A stretch of DNA of 64,000 bases. Source: a virus. Lineage: Duplodnaviria > Caudoviricetes. The position numbers and the translations under genes were made by a program. Under the pieces are notes generated by a model. That model ran no database searches, was not told the origin of the DNA, and saw only the letters and a program-made list of their open reading frames with translations. Location of the stretch: positions 767 to 64,766 of the IMG/VR virus record IMGVR_UViG_3300034198_007771; one strand, 5' to 3'. Every line of letters starts with the position of its first letter. The stretch's first letter is position 1. Of this stretch, positions 26,733 through 35,069 are shown in pieces.

Positions 26733-27220
26733 TGTTCAAAGTGGGTGATAAGGTAGTGCGGAAAGCCGAGCAGCGGAACGGCCTGTGGGGTCTTGGGGAT
26801 AAAGTGCTGACGGTACGGGAGGTTATCAACACAAACCTCCACTTTTGGGGTATGGATGGTACTTGGGATGACTGGCGGTTTGAGCTTGTCGAAGAACCGG
26901 CTAAGCCAGCCGTGCCGGGTATTCCGGATGGGTACCGGCTGGTGCGGGTTGGTACGCCAGTGAAGGGTGAGTACGTTTTGACCAGCGACGGCGGGCCTTA
27001 CAAGACTATAGCCGAGTGTTTCGCCAAAAACTACGTCATCGTAGAGCCAGTCGAACCGCTGGCTCCGAAGACGAAGAAGATTAAGATGCGGCAGTACGCG
27101 GTAAAGATGAAAAATGCTTGGTTCATGTCTACGCACGGCGAAGAGGCCCCAGACAAGTCCATGTTGTGGACCGAAGTTCCGGGCTCAGAGATCGAAGTGG
27201 AGGTGCCAGATGATGTTTGA
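26732..27220 (+). CDS. Hypothetical modular protein (FKVGD SH3-like N-terminus)
   Basis: MFKVGDKVV...RFELV; IPDGYRLVR module. Confidence 0.75.
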   Translation: MFKVGDKVVRKAEQRNGLWGLGDKVLTVREVINTNLHFWGMDGTWDDWRFELVEEPAKPAVPGIPDGYRLVRVGTPVKGEYVLTSDGGPYKTIAECFAKNYVIVEPVEPLAPKTKKIKMRQYAVKMKNAWFMSTHGEEAPDKSMLWTEVPGSEIEVEVPDDV

Positions 27221-27252
27221 TTATCCAATAGACAACGGAGGGTAGTTCAGAC

Positions 27253-27660
27253 CTACTCTCTGTCAGAGGGCTCGGTGAGGCAGGCAATAGCTTCACCGAG
27301 CCTTTTTCGTTTCAACCGGCGAAATAGCTTGTCGACGAGACGGAACGGCCTCTTACGGCCGTCCGGATAGAACTCGATGGTTTGATGACAGCCTTTGCAG
27401 ACAGGCTCCAGCCATTCGAGAGTGATGCCCAGCAGCGTATCCTTGGTGTACTTGCGGTGGTGCATCTCTTCAGCCCTGCAAGGGCACAGGACGCAGCCAG
27501 AGCCCTTCAGACGAAAAGCCCGGGTTCTGATGGTCTTCCACAGCGAAGAGGCCAGATAGTCCCAATATGAAGCGTAGCCGAGGCTTTTGAGCAGTCTGTC
27601 CCTTGGATTGGATGGCGGTTTGCTGTGCTTGGCCTTTGGCTTGCTTGATCTGCGTTTCAC
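27253..27660 (-). CDS. HNH endonuclease
   Basis: YLASSLW...CVLC...HHRKY...VCKGCH. Confidence 0.8.
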   Translation of the reverse strand: MKRRSSKPKAKHSKPPSNPRDRLLKSLGYASYWDYLASSLWKTIRTRAFRLKGSGCVLCPCRAEEMHHRKYTKDTLLGITLEWLEPVCKGCHQTIEFYPDGRKRPFRLVDKLFRRLKRKRLGEAIACLTEPSDRE

Positions 27661-28057
27661 CGGTAGTACCTCCTTGAGACCAGCTTAGCCGGTTAGGCCG
27701 AGCTTGACCAGTGAGACTGCACTTTCCAGTAAAGCCGTGTTTTCCTTTGCAGGAAATTGTGTGACCTTTGGAAACCAGACAACGCACGAAATATTGTTCG
27801 TGAACCGCATTTCAGGTATTACCAGGCACATCGCCGCTTTATCCCGTCCTCAGGAGGCTGGGCAATGCCAGGCAATACCTGAATGACGATCGGATTCGGC
27901 TGGTGGCACAAGTACGCTTACAGTGACCGGAGCCTCGGGACGGTCCAGGTTGTCAGCTTAGACATTGCCTGGCATTTACGGCTCTGCAGTGTGTCGCATT
28001 TATTCGGCTGGCGAGGCCGACCCATCTACTTGTTCACATCACCTTTGCCACTAAACA

Positions 28058-28092
28058 CAAACAGCAGGTACCCGTGAAGGCCCTGCTGTTTG
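28058..28092. terminator. Hairpin, possibly a bidirectional terminator
   Basis: CAAACAGCAGG...CCTGCTGTTTG 11-bp inverted repeat. Confidence 0.4.
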
Positions 28093-28289
28093 CGTGGAAT
28101 TGTGGCGGTGACATGCCAGTAGAGGATTAAAGGGTCCTCCGGCCCATCTTCAGTTTAGGGAGTCAGGTATGTCACCGCTAGTCAGTTTCCACACAGACCA
28201 GCTTTTCTCATTGTTGAGAGTGCGGCTCTGTCTGTCAAGTGTAGTTCAGGTAAAACTTGCGGAACATCGGCTGGAGGTGCGAAACCGGT

Positions 28290-28649
28290 ATTACCTGTAC
28301 GCGGGGATAGTATGGCGGTCTTACCGGGTAAAACCTTACCAAATGGTAAATATCTGGATTTGGAAATACGTGGAAATTCCGGGTGAGGACCCAAAGACCA
28401 TATTGACACTTTCGTGGTCCAGCTACTCCCCCTACCAATTCCGGCATAACTTCCCTACCTTGCCGCTGGAAATGCCGGTCGAGCCGTTCCACCAGTGTTT
28501 TGGGATTGGTCTAGGGATTGGCTCGGCGATGTCGCCTGAAAATTTCCATTATAGTGGAAATTCCGTGCAATATATTGGAGAACAGCACAGCCAGTCATAC
28601 CCCGTGATGCCCTGTTCTGCACGCTTTTCCTCACCCGCGTACAGGTAAT
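28290..28649. repeat. Perfect 16-bp inverted repeat ATTACCTGTACGCGGG (28290-28305 / 28634-28649)
   Basis: Direct reading; encloses TTACC/GGTAA palindromes and AATTTCCA-6-TGGAAATT (28541-28562). Confidence 0.85.
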
Positions 28650-28716
28650 GCTTGCTAAGCTCGCTACACCCTGCCTCATCAAAGCCGTGCACGGTGTGAC
28701 CATCGGCCAAACGCGG

Positions 28717-28839
28717 TCAGATCTCACGTTGTACTGTGCCGAACATGGTCAGGAAGTCTGACCAATCGCACAGAGGAACTAGGTCTATGCCATCGTCGAA
28801 CCAGACAATACCGTCGATAAAGATCAGATCGTCGAACAT
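28717..28839 (-). CDS. Small acidic peptide (40 aa, MFDDLIFIDG...)
   Basis: Hand-translated; GAGGTG RBS. Confidence 0.5.
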   Translation of the reverse strand: MFDDLIFIDGIVWFDDGIDLVPLCDWSDFLTMFGTVQREI

Positions 28840-28905
28840 GGTTTCACCTCTCAGCTAGGGTTATTCGGCCTGACTCGCCATTCTGGTTAGTCATGTCTAC
28901 CAATG

Positions 28906-28938
28906 AAAAAACCCCGCATAGCGTAGGCTATGCGGGGT
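28906..28938 (-). terminator. Rho-independent terminator of leftward early unit
   Basis: ACCCCGCATAGC-CTAC-GCTATGCGGGGT followed by a T tract. Confidence 0.85.
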
Positions 28939-28966
28939 CGATCCGAAGTCTAGTTGTCTGTCAGTC

Positions 28967-29497
28967 TTAGGCTTTGGCTGTCTGACGCGTGGTAATCTTG
29001 CCATCCTTCGCGGCTTGGTCTTTCTCTGCCGCGTATGCCTTCAATGCGTCTTCACTACCGATCGATTCGAGTACCTGCATTGCCTGGTCGGGACCAAGAG
29101 CCTTGAACGCCTTGAGAAGCCCTGAACAATCAAGTTGGCCGACATAACTAGGTTTATGATCCTTCACGAATATCCACAACTTCGGAGGGTATAGCACGTC
29201 TGCTCCCGTCCTACTGTCTTTCCCTAGGCTTGCGGGCTGAACCGCTACGCCGTTCTCAAGAGCCTTGCAACCTTTGCGGTATGGCATTGTGTCACCTGGC
29301 TTCATCCCTGCGATCTTGTATCCGAGGAAGTCCATCACTCCAGCCGATGCCATTGCTTTGGCTCGTTCTTCGTTCTGAATCTCGTTTACTTTGGCCTGGA
29401 ATGCCAGCATGTCGTTTGCTGCGATGCGTGCGGCCAAGTCGGCAGGAACGCCAAGCGTAGTCAATTCTGTGATACGTGCCTGAATGTCGTATGTCAT
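28967..29497 (-). CDS. Hypothetical early protein (176 aa)
   Basis: ORF with RBS, downstream of a TAGCAGGT motif. Confidence 0.8.
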   Translation of the reverse strand: MTYDIQARITELTTLGVPADLAARIAANDMLAFQAKVNEIQNEERAKAMASAGVMDFLGYKIAGMKPGDTMPYRKGCKALENGVAVQPASLGKDSRTGADVLYPPKLWIFVKDHKPSYVGQLDCSGLLKAFKALGPDQAMQVLESIGSEDALKAYAAEKDQAAKDGKITTRQTAKA

Positions 29498-29545
29498 TGT
29501 AAAACCCTTTCAATCGTCGTGTGAAATGTGAAACCAAAAGTCTAA

Positions 29546-29561
29546 CGGTCGAAACCTGCTA
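29546..29561 (-). promoter_or_regulatory. TAGCAGGT-family motif, copy L2
   Basis: TAGCAGGTTTCGACCG on - strand, just after the stop of the sigma-like gene. Confidence 0.7.
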
Positions 29562-29563
29562 TC

Positions 29564-30109
29564 CTACTGCCATCGTACTGTGAGGACTGGCACAGGCTTG
29601 ACCTGTTCAGCCTGTTTCGCGTTCTCTGCTCGCATGTGCTGGAGATACGCTGCCTCACGTTCTGCGGCTCTAGCTTCGTCTCTGAGGGCCTTTGCTGCTT
29701 TTGCGGCATCATCTGAGGCGTAGGCTACTGTCTGCATTCCTGAGCGACGGGAGATGATTCTGCGAAGCTCTTTCGTCAGCCATCGTTCGGGGTTTGGCAG
29801 ACGTTTGCCCTGCTGCTCGCATGAAACAGCGTATTGCCAGTTTCGGAGAGTCAACTCCTGCCGAATGTCCTCGCGGTCGTGGGCGGGGATGTCTGCCATG
29901 AGTTCACGGGCTTCATCCTGCCAGAGTAACCATAGACAAAGCTCCGCATACCCCTCGCAGCGTACTGGCAGGGCGGAGCGTGCTGGCATTGGGACTGCCT
30001 CGATTTGCGGCGGGTCGTCTCGTTCGGGAGTTCGTTCGCCGATCCATACTGCCGACACAAAACAGCACTGGAAGTCTCTGTAGTCGAGTTCCACGTCTAA
30101 CATGTTCAA
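29564..30109 (-). CDS. Sigma-70/ECF region-2-like protein lacking region 4
   Basis: HDREDIRQELTLRNWQ...NPERWLTKELRRII matches the ECF sigma2 pattern DAEDxxQExxxxxW...WLxxIxRN; C-terminus is an Ala-rich helix. Confidence 0.55.
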   Translation of the reverse strand: MNMLDVELDYRDFQCCFVSAVWIGERTPERDDPPQIEAVPMPARSALPVRCEGYAELCLWLLWQDEARELMADIPAHDREDIRQELTLRNWQYAVSCEQQGKRLPNPERWLTKELRRIISRRSGMQTVAYASDDAAKAAKALRDEARAAEREAAYLQHMRAENAKQAEQVKPVPVLTVRWQ

Positions 30110-30195
30110 TCCTTTCGAAGAGTGTTTGCGGCTTGCGACGTTGCAAGCCCGCCATGAGTATAAACGGAAAAACTCCTGCGATGTTACAATCTTTT

Positions 30196-30211
30196 CGGTT
30201 CGAACCTGCTA
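30196..30211 (-). promoter_or_regulatory. TAGCAGGT-family motif, copy L1
   Basis: TAGCAGGTTCGAACCG on - strand at the divergence point. Confidence 0.7.
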
Positions 30212-30283
30212 TCTTATATTGGATTCCCGACCTATTTCGGGCCGCGGCTTCCCGCTCGACCTAATAGATAAGAAGGCGGATGA

Positions 30284-30299
30284 TAGCAGGGCAGAACCG
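30284..30299 (+). promoter_or_regulatory. TAGCAGGT-family motif, copy R1
   Basis: TAGCAGGGCAGAACCG, divergent from L1. Confidence 0.65.
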
Positions 30300-30347
30300 T
30301 CTGGTTTTGCAAGCCGGTCGTGGTGATCGGCGGAAGGAGAAAGCGGG

Positions 30348-30485
30348 ATGGACAGACAATGTTCAGAATGCCAAGCCGCGGCCATAGTATTCATGGTCTG
30401 GGGCCAGCCTGTGTGTCTGTGCGGCGGGTGTAACGCCGCACGGACTGAGCGTGTCAAGGTACTTCTTTTGGAGTTGCTGAAATGA
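30348..30485 (+). CDS. Small Zn-finger protein (45 aa, MDRQCSEC...CGGC)
   Basis: Hand-translated; AAGGAG RBS; ATGA coupling. Confidence 0.6.
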   Translation: MDRQCSECQAAAIVFMVWGQPVCLCGGCNAARTERVKVLLLELLK

Positions 30486-30670
30486 AACATCAGTACAACC
30501 TGCGGATCGACATACCAATCGAGGCAGAAACGGCGGAAGAAGCTGTACGTACTTTGGTCCAATGGATGAGAGACAGAGAAGATCTGTTCCAGCCCGTGGT
30601 TGAGATCAACCCTGGTGAATACACTGAGCCATGTTTGATAGACACGTACGACTTCGAGGATGAAGAATGA
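30482..30670 (+). CDS. Small acidic protein
   Basis: IEAETAEEAV motif common in phage early proteins. Confidence 0.75.
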   Translation: MKHQYNLRIDIPIEAETAEEAVRTLVQWMRDREDLFQPVVEINPGEYTEPCLIDTYDFEDEE

Positions 30671-30766
30671 AGTACAGTGCTAAGCTGTGGGCCACGGCTC
30701 GCAGAAACCGGAACCCCGTAGATTTCCTCGGGGCGGTGATCTTCTTTGTGTTTGGGAGGTGATACT

Positions 30767-31003
30767 GTGGCAAAGCGAATTGCATTCCTGATCACGGAGA
30801 ACGGCGTAGATGGCCGTGCTCCAACAGTCATCGTTGCAGCATTCTGGGACGAAGAGGCCCGTGACAAGGCATTTGATGCCGACAAGAACAAAGCGTACTA
30901 CGGGAAAGACGATAGGATCGTGGACATACCGAAACAACGTGAGAAGGCGATGGCCCGGCTGGACCCGATCGATATGATGGTCTTGGGGCTCACAAGAGGA
31001 TAG
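30767..31003 (+). CDS. Hypothetical early protein
   Basis: GGAGGTGA RBS, GTG start; its stop is the TAG of motif R2. Confidence 0.75.
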   Translation: MAKRIAFLITENGVDGRAPTVIVAAFWDEEARDKAFDADKNKAYYGKDDRIVDIPKQREKAMARLDPIDMMVLGLTRG

Positions 31004-31077
31004 CAGGTCCGGCCCGTGATTGTCCGACAGAGGCCCACTGCGGTGGGCTTCATTCAGGCAATTCCGCCGTTGGAGGA
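31001..31077 (+). repeat. Motif + UGCG hairpin + RBS unit R2
   Basis: TAGCAGGTCCGGCCCG; ATTGTC..GA..GAGGCCCAC-TGCG-GTGGGCTTC..TC..GGCAAT; TTGGAGGA. Confidence 0.9.
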
Positions 31078-31083
31078 TTGACT

Positions 31084-31299
31084 ATGGACAGACCAGAATA
31101 CGACCGGTGCGACGATCGTCTGAAAGCGGCGATCGATGAGGTCGCGAACATCATGCTTCGTAACATCTGGGTCGAAGTGTTTCATGAACTGGACCGTACC
31201 GATCTTCGGTACATGCTGTCAGGCGATGACGCGGGGTCTTTGGCCTCGAAATGCGTTGAAGCGATTGAGTACGAACTTCGTGAATGTCTTGCAAAGTGA
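31084..31299 (+). CDS. Small acidic early protein
   Basis: GGAGG RBS. Confidence 0.75.
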   Translation: MDRPEYDRCDDRLKAAIDEVANIMLRNIWVEVFHELDRTDLRYMLSGDDAGSLASKCVEAIEYELRECLAK

Positions 31300-31306
31300 G
31301 GTGACT

Positions 31307-31705
31307 ATGAAAAACATCTGCGGTGTGGATGTCATTGAGTCTATCGATGACTTTCTGCATGACGACGACACTGCCAACAGGTTCTACGAATGGCAGTGTC
31401 AGAAGGCGAATGACTTTATCAACGAGCCGGAGCGGGCTGCACGTTGCCATGACGCTGCGGCGGATGGTTGTGATGGGTCATACCATTGGGAAGTCATTGA
31501 TGACTTTCGTGAGTTCGGTAGTGAACTACTACAGGAATCGTGGGGCCTGATTGTCCACGAGTTGGAGGATCAGGAGCAACCAGCGACGATATGGCGTGGT
31601 GCCGAAGTTGGCCACGATGGGTGCGTTGAGGCGTTTAACAAATGTTGTGACGATCTCGAAGAATGGCATCGGCAGAACGGGACATACGAAGAACAGTGCG
31701 GATAG
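31307..31705 (+). CDS. Acidic early protein
   Basis: GAGGTG RBS; its stop is the TAG of motif R3. Confidence 0.75.
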   Translation: MKNICGVDVIESIDDFLHDDDTANRFYEWQCQKANDFINEPERAARCHDAAADGCDGSYHWEVIDDFREFGSELLQESWGLIVHELEDQEQPATIWRGAEVGHDGCVEAFNKCCDDLEEWHRQNGTYEEQCG

Positions 31706-31787
31706 CAGGTCCGGCCCAGTAGAAGTGCTGGATGGGCAGTCACTGCGGTGACCGCCTTTCGTGTACTTCACTTTTAACTTTGGAGGA
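31703..31787 (+). repeat. Motif + UGCG hairpin + RBS unit R3
   Basis: TAGCAGGTCCGGCCCA; GAAGTGC..GA..GGGCAGTCAC-TGCG-GTGACCGCCT..TCGT-GTACTTC; TTTGGAGG. Confidence 0.9.
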
Positions 31788-31792
31788 CTGGT

Positions 31793-32332
31793 ATGAAAAC
31801 AGACCCGGGAATTGATTACGGACTCGGTTTGTCCAACGTCGATGAGAAGACAGGCATTCGATACGGTGTCATTGCGTTGAGTAACCTGATGCCTGAAGCG
31901 GCTGACGATATCTTCACGCATGGTGATGACGTTGGTTACGCTGCTGCGATCGATGAGATCAAAGACAGTCTTGAAAAGGGATTTCGGCATGTCATGGAAA
32001 GCGTCGGCCTGAAGCCTGACGATGACGACCTGTCAGACATTGCCGACCAGATCATGCAGGATCAGGACTGGAACTATGAATCGTCCGGCCCATACGAGTA
32101 TGAAGGCGAAGGACTTTCCCTTCGTACCATGTCGGACAATACCGAACTGTTCGTGCTGAAGTCACCGTACTACACACACTGCCAGTTCTGCTCGCCTTGT
32201 GCTCCTGGTGCAGGGTACTTGATGAATCCATGCCCAGACGGGCCGAAGACGTACTGCCTTGGTCATGACTGGTTTGAAGACAACAAGGCACCTTACCCGG
32301 TTTACTCAGTTGAGACTGGTGAACTGGTATAG
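31793..32332 (+). CDS. Conserved phage hypothetical protein, acidic, Cys cluster
   Basis: GIDYG...TGIRYGVI; CQFCSPCAPGAG; its stop is the TAG of motif R4. Confidence 0.85.
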   Translation: MKTDPGIDYGLGLSNVDEKTGIRYGVIALSNLMPEAADDIFTHGDDVGYAAAIDEIKDSLEKGFRHVMESVGLKPDDDDLSDIADQIMQDQDWNYESSGPYEYEGEGLSLRTMSDNTELFVLKSPYYTHCQFCSPCAPGAGYLMNPCPDGPKTYCLGHDWFEDNKAPYPVYSVETGELV

Positions 32333-32410
32333 CAGGTCCAGCCCGATAGAGTGTTCGACCGAGGGGCTTTGCGAAGCCTCTCACTCGTGTACTCTGTTTG
32401 TTTTTGGAGG
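32330..32410 (+). repeat. Motif + UGCG hairpin + RBS unit R4
   Basis: TAGCAGGTCCAGCCCG; AGAGTGT-TCGACC-GAGGGGCTT-TGCG-AAGCCTCTC-ACTCGT-GTACTCT; TTTGGAGG. Confidence 0.9.
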
Positions 32411-32416
32411 GATAAC

Positions 32417-33163
32417 ATGCGAGAAGAAGTGATCAAGGTCTACAAGTTCAACGAGCTTGACGACCGGGCCAAACAGAAGGCCAGAGAGTGGTACACTGGT
32501 TGCGACTATCCACATGACGATTGGTGGGACTGGACGTATGAGGATTTCGGGATCATCTGTGGAATCATTGGTATCGAACTAGCGACAACGCCGGTCAAAC
32601 TGATGGGCGGTGGTGTTCGTCACAAGCCCGACATCAACTTTTCTGGCTTCTATTCGCAAGGCGATGGTGCCTGTTTCTCCGGGACGTACCGTGGAGAGCC
32701 TGACGCTTTGAAGTTCTGGGACAACCTGTACCCGATCAAGCAGGACCTGCTGCAGCACCGTGTGTGCTTGAGCTGCCATACTATGCAGAATGAGATCCAG
32801 TCTTATGCAATCAAGCTGACTCAGGCGGCTGAGCAGCGGATGTACCGGCAGCAGATCGCCAAGTGGCTGCTGGATTCACGCTCGGGATCTACGGACGGTT
32901 CAACGGCGAGGCTTATGGTGTTGCGCAGCAAGGATCTCCCGAAACCGCAGTGGGAGTATATGAAGCACAACTGGATGGTCAATGTTGGGGGTTACTCACG
33001 TTACAAGGTCAGGGAGTGGGTCAACACGATTATGGCCAATCCCGGCGCCCACACGCCTCCGAGCATGGGCTGTGCCCAGTCGCTAGATGAGTTCTTGAAG
33101 AAGAACTTTGATCTGAAGAATGATGATGTGGTGATGATCGATGACACGAAGGAGGGTACATGA
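32417..33163 (+). CDS. Early protein; N-half resembles a mobile-element family often labelled antitoxin-like
   Basis: VYKFNELDDRAKQKAREWY...FSGFYSQGDGACF; unrelated-looking C-half. Confidence 0.7.
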   Translation: MREEVIKVYKFNELDDRAKQKAREWYTGCDYPHDDWWDWTYEDFGIICGIIGIELATTPVKLMGGGVRHKPDINFSGFYSQGDGACFSGTYRGEPDALKFWDNLYPIKQDLLQHRVCLSCHTMQNEIQSYAIKLTQAAEQRMYRQQIAKWLLDSRSGSTDGSTARLMVLRSKDLPKPQWEYMKHNWMVNVGGYSRYKVREWVNTIMANPGAHTPPSMGCAQSLDEFLKKNFDLKNDDVVMIDDTKEGT

Positions 33164-33525
33164 CTTACGAAGAGGTGCTGAGGAAGCACGCGGAAGATCA
33201 AGGGTGGAACGAGACAACGTCACAGAAGCTGTTGCTGCGTTTCATGCAGGAAACCACTGAACCCACGGTGGAGAAGTTTGAGGCCTATTTGCAGGAGCGT
33301 ATTGCAGGGAAGGAAAGCCCTGAACTCGTTACAGCTGTGGTTGAGATGATGAAAGCCAAGCTGCAGTTGTGGGATGCTTCGGTAACGGTGGAACAGCTCA
33401 TTGGGTTTGACGTCGAGACCAATGGTGGGAAGCTGGATGCCATCTGTGGCTGTATTGATTCGCAGGACGACGTTACTGACGATGACGCCCTGTTGTTGAT
33501 TGCTGATCTGAGAGAGGAGCAGTAA
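33160..33525 (+). CDS. Acidic hypothetical protein
   Basis: Coupled ORF. Confidence 0.75.
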   Translation: MTYEEVLRKHAEDQGWNETTSQKLLLRFMQETTEPTVEKFEAYLQERIAGKESPELVTAVVEMMKAKLQLWDASVTVEQLIGFDVETNGGKLDAICGCIDSQDDVTDDDALLLIADLREEQ

Positions 33526-33773
33526 TGCACCAGATGACTGTGGTTAGCTGCCACGAACTGCCGTTGCGGATCTTTCAGTGGTTGATGGCCAACAACTGGA
33601 TTGAGACGGCCGGGTACAGGGAATACCAACTGGGCTGGTTGCTGAATGAGATCAGACAGAGCCCGGATGGGTATAGCCAACTGGATCTGGAGATTGTGAC
33701 TGAACTGGATGAGTTCCTCGGCAGACAGCTGGGGATTGAACACGGGACTGTGATCCTGCTGAAACAAGCCTAA
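33525..33773 (+). CDS. Hypothetical protein
   Basis: TAATG coupling, GAGGAG RBS. Confidence 0.7.
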   Translation: MHQMTVVSCHELPLRIFQWLMANNWIETAGYREYQLGWLLNEIRQSPDGYSQLDLEIVTELDEFLGRQLGIEHGTVILLKQA

Positions 33774-33782
33774 GGAGAAGTG

Positions 33783-34592
33783 ATGAGGAAGACGAAAGGC
33801 ATTGATTACGGGGTTAGCCCCAAGACGTCAACGATGAGCAAGAATATCCAATCGTGGCGTGACACGATGCTGCACAGGCTGGGACCACATAAGTGGCCGG
33901 GCTCACCGGCTGTCTCCAAGATGACAGTGGAGGAGCGACAGGAGTATGGAAGGGCCACAGGGTACTGGGCTGGCTACCAACAGGCGAAGGAAGGCAACGT
34001 CTGCCCTGAGCTGATGAAGGAGAGGCCGGACCTGGGACCATACACCCAAGCTTACATCAGTGGGTGGAACTTGGTCGTGTTGAGGCTTCGTGGTGATGTT
34101 CCGCCCGCAGCAAAGCTTCGAGCCGAACAGACAGCACTGGTCCAGCCAATGCTGGACCACATCGTTGAAGAATGTACCTTCATCGATTGCGACGAGGTCT
34201 TTGACCAGATGCTTGACGAGATCTACGACTTCAAAGCAGTCGGAGGGCCTTTCGCCGACATGCTGCCGAGCCGTGTGCTGCGGGAGATTGACCCGATCGC
34301 GTACCGCTGCGGCATAAATGACTACATCGACTCGCTGGACACGTACGAAATTGAAGGCGATACGTACTACATCCATGACGTGACCAAAGCACAGGAGGAG
34401 TACATCGACGGACTTGAGTCAGAGTTGTCTGACTTGGAAGACCAATTGAGCGAACTTGAAAACGAAGGTCCTGTCGATACCGGTGATCTGGCGTTTGATG
34501 AGTCTGTCCACGAAGAAGAGATGGACAAAGTACGTGCTGACATCGAGCGGCTGACCGAACGTATCGAAGCCTGCAAGACATACCAGTTCTAG
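33783..34592 (+). CDS. Early protein with acidic C-terminal domain
   Basis: FDQMLDEIY...SRVLREIDPIAYRCG motif familiar from phage early regions; its stop is the TAG of motif R5. Confidence 0.8.
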   Translation: MRKTKGIDYGVSPKTSTMSKNIQSWRDTMLHRLGPHKWPGSPAVSKMTVEERQEYGRATGYWAGYQQAKEGNVCPELMKERPDLGPYTQAYISGWNLVVLRLRGDVPPAAKLRAEQTALVQPMLDHIVEECTFIDCDEVFDQMLDEIYDFKAVGGPFADMLPSRVLREIDPIAYRCGINDYIDSLDTYEIEGDTYYIHDVTKAQEEYIDGLESELSDLEDQLSELENEGPVDTGDLAFDESVHEEEMDKVRADIERLTERIEACKTYQF

Positions 34593-34670
34593 CAGGTCTG
34601 GCCCGTGAAGAATGTGACCGACGATCACTGCGGTGGTCGTCACTCGTGTGCTTCACAAAACTTTTGGAGA
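34590..34670 (+). repeat. Motif + UGCG hairpin + RBS unit R5
   Basis: TAGCAGGTCTGGCCCG; GTGAAG..TGACC-GACGATCAC-TGCG-GTGGTCGTC-ACTCGT..CTTCAC; TTTGGAG. Confidence 0.9.
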
Positions 34671-34676
34671 TAACCA

Positions 34677-35069
34677 ATGACTGACCCGAAATGCGAAGAC
34701 CTGATCGACGCCCGGCTTGAGGACAGACTCGAATGCCTCAAGATCTCAGACATGACTGAAGACGAGGCTCGTGCCGCTGCCGAAGACCTCGGTATCGACA
34801 CGGACGACAAGGACGTTTACGAACTTCAGTCTGACCTGCGTGATGCCGAGATGGAAGACGTACTATCCATCGAGAAGAAGACGCTGATCACTGTCCTGCT
34901 CTCATTCGGCGGGCCATCCGACGGCTTTGACTTCGTGTTCGACAGTGACGGCGAGCTTGACTCATGCCAGTACTGGTACAAAGACTGGTTCGACGGGGCA
35001 CGACGTGACGTGCCTATGGACCAGGCCCAACAGCTTGTCGACCTGTACTGCATCGATCCGAAGGCGTGA
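34677..35069 (+). CDS. Highly acidic early protein
   Basis: LSFGGPSDGF...YKDWFDGA motif; about 28% D+E by hand count. Confidence 0.85.
   Translation: MTDPKCEDLIDARLEDRLECLKISDMTEDEARAAAEDLGIDTDDKDVYELQSDLRDAEMEDVLSIEKKTLITVLLSFGGPSDGFDFVFDSDGELDSCQYWYKDWFDGARRDVPMDQAQQLVDLYCIDPKA

Noticed and set aside
27704-28727. ORFs of 60-159 aa in the inverted-repeat region
   Set aside because: No convincing RBS, atypical composition, mutually overlapping on both strands
30190-30215. GGTTCGAACC as a tRNA T-loop
   Set aside because: Flanks do not form a T-stem or cloverleaf on either strand
31001-34670. Repeats as a CRISPR array
   Set aside because: Units are separated by whole genes (0.6-2.3 kb), stems vary in sequence, and no cas genes are present
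31001-34670. Repeats as integron attC sites
   Set aside because: No RYYYAAC/GTTRRRY ends and no tyrosine integrase; G-U pairs and UNCG loops point to RNA rather than bottom-strand DNA hairpins
31001-34670. Programmed TAG readthrough or amber recoding (TAG-CAG + hairpin)
   Set aside because: Only R4 continues in frame into the next gene; the other three hit stops within 30 codons; each downstream gene has its own RBS; three motif copies are not stop codons; no suppressor tRNA seen
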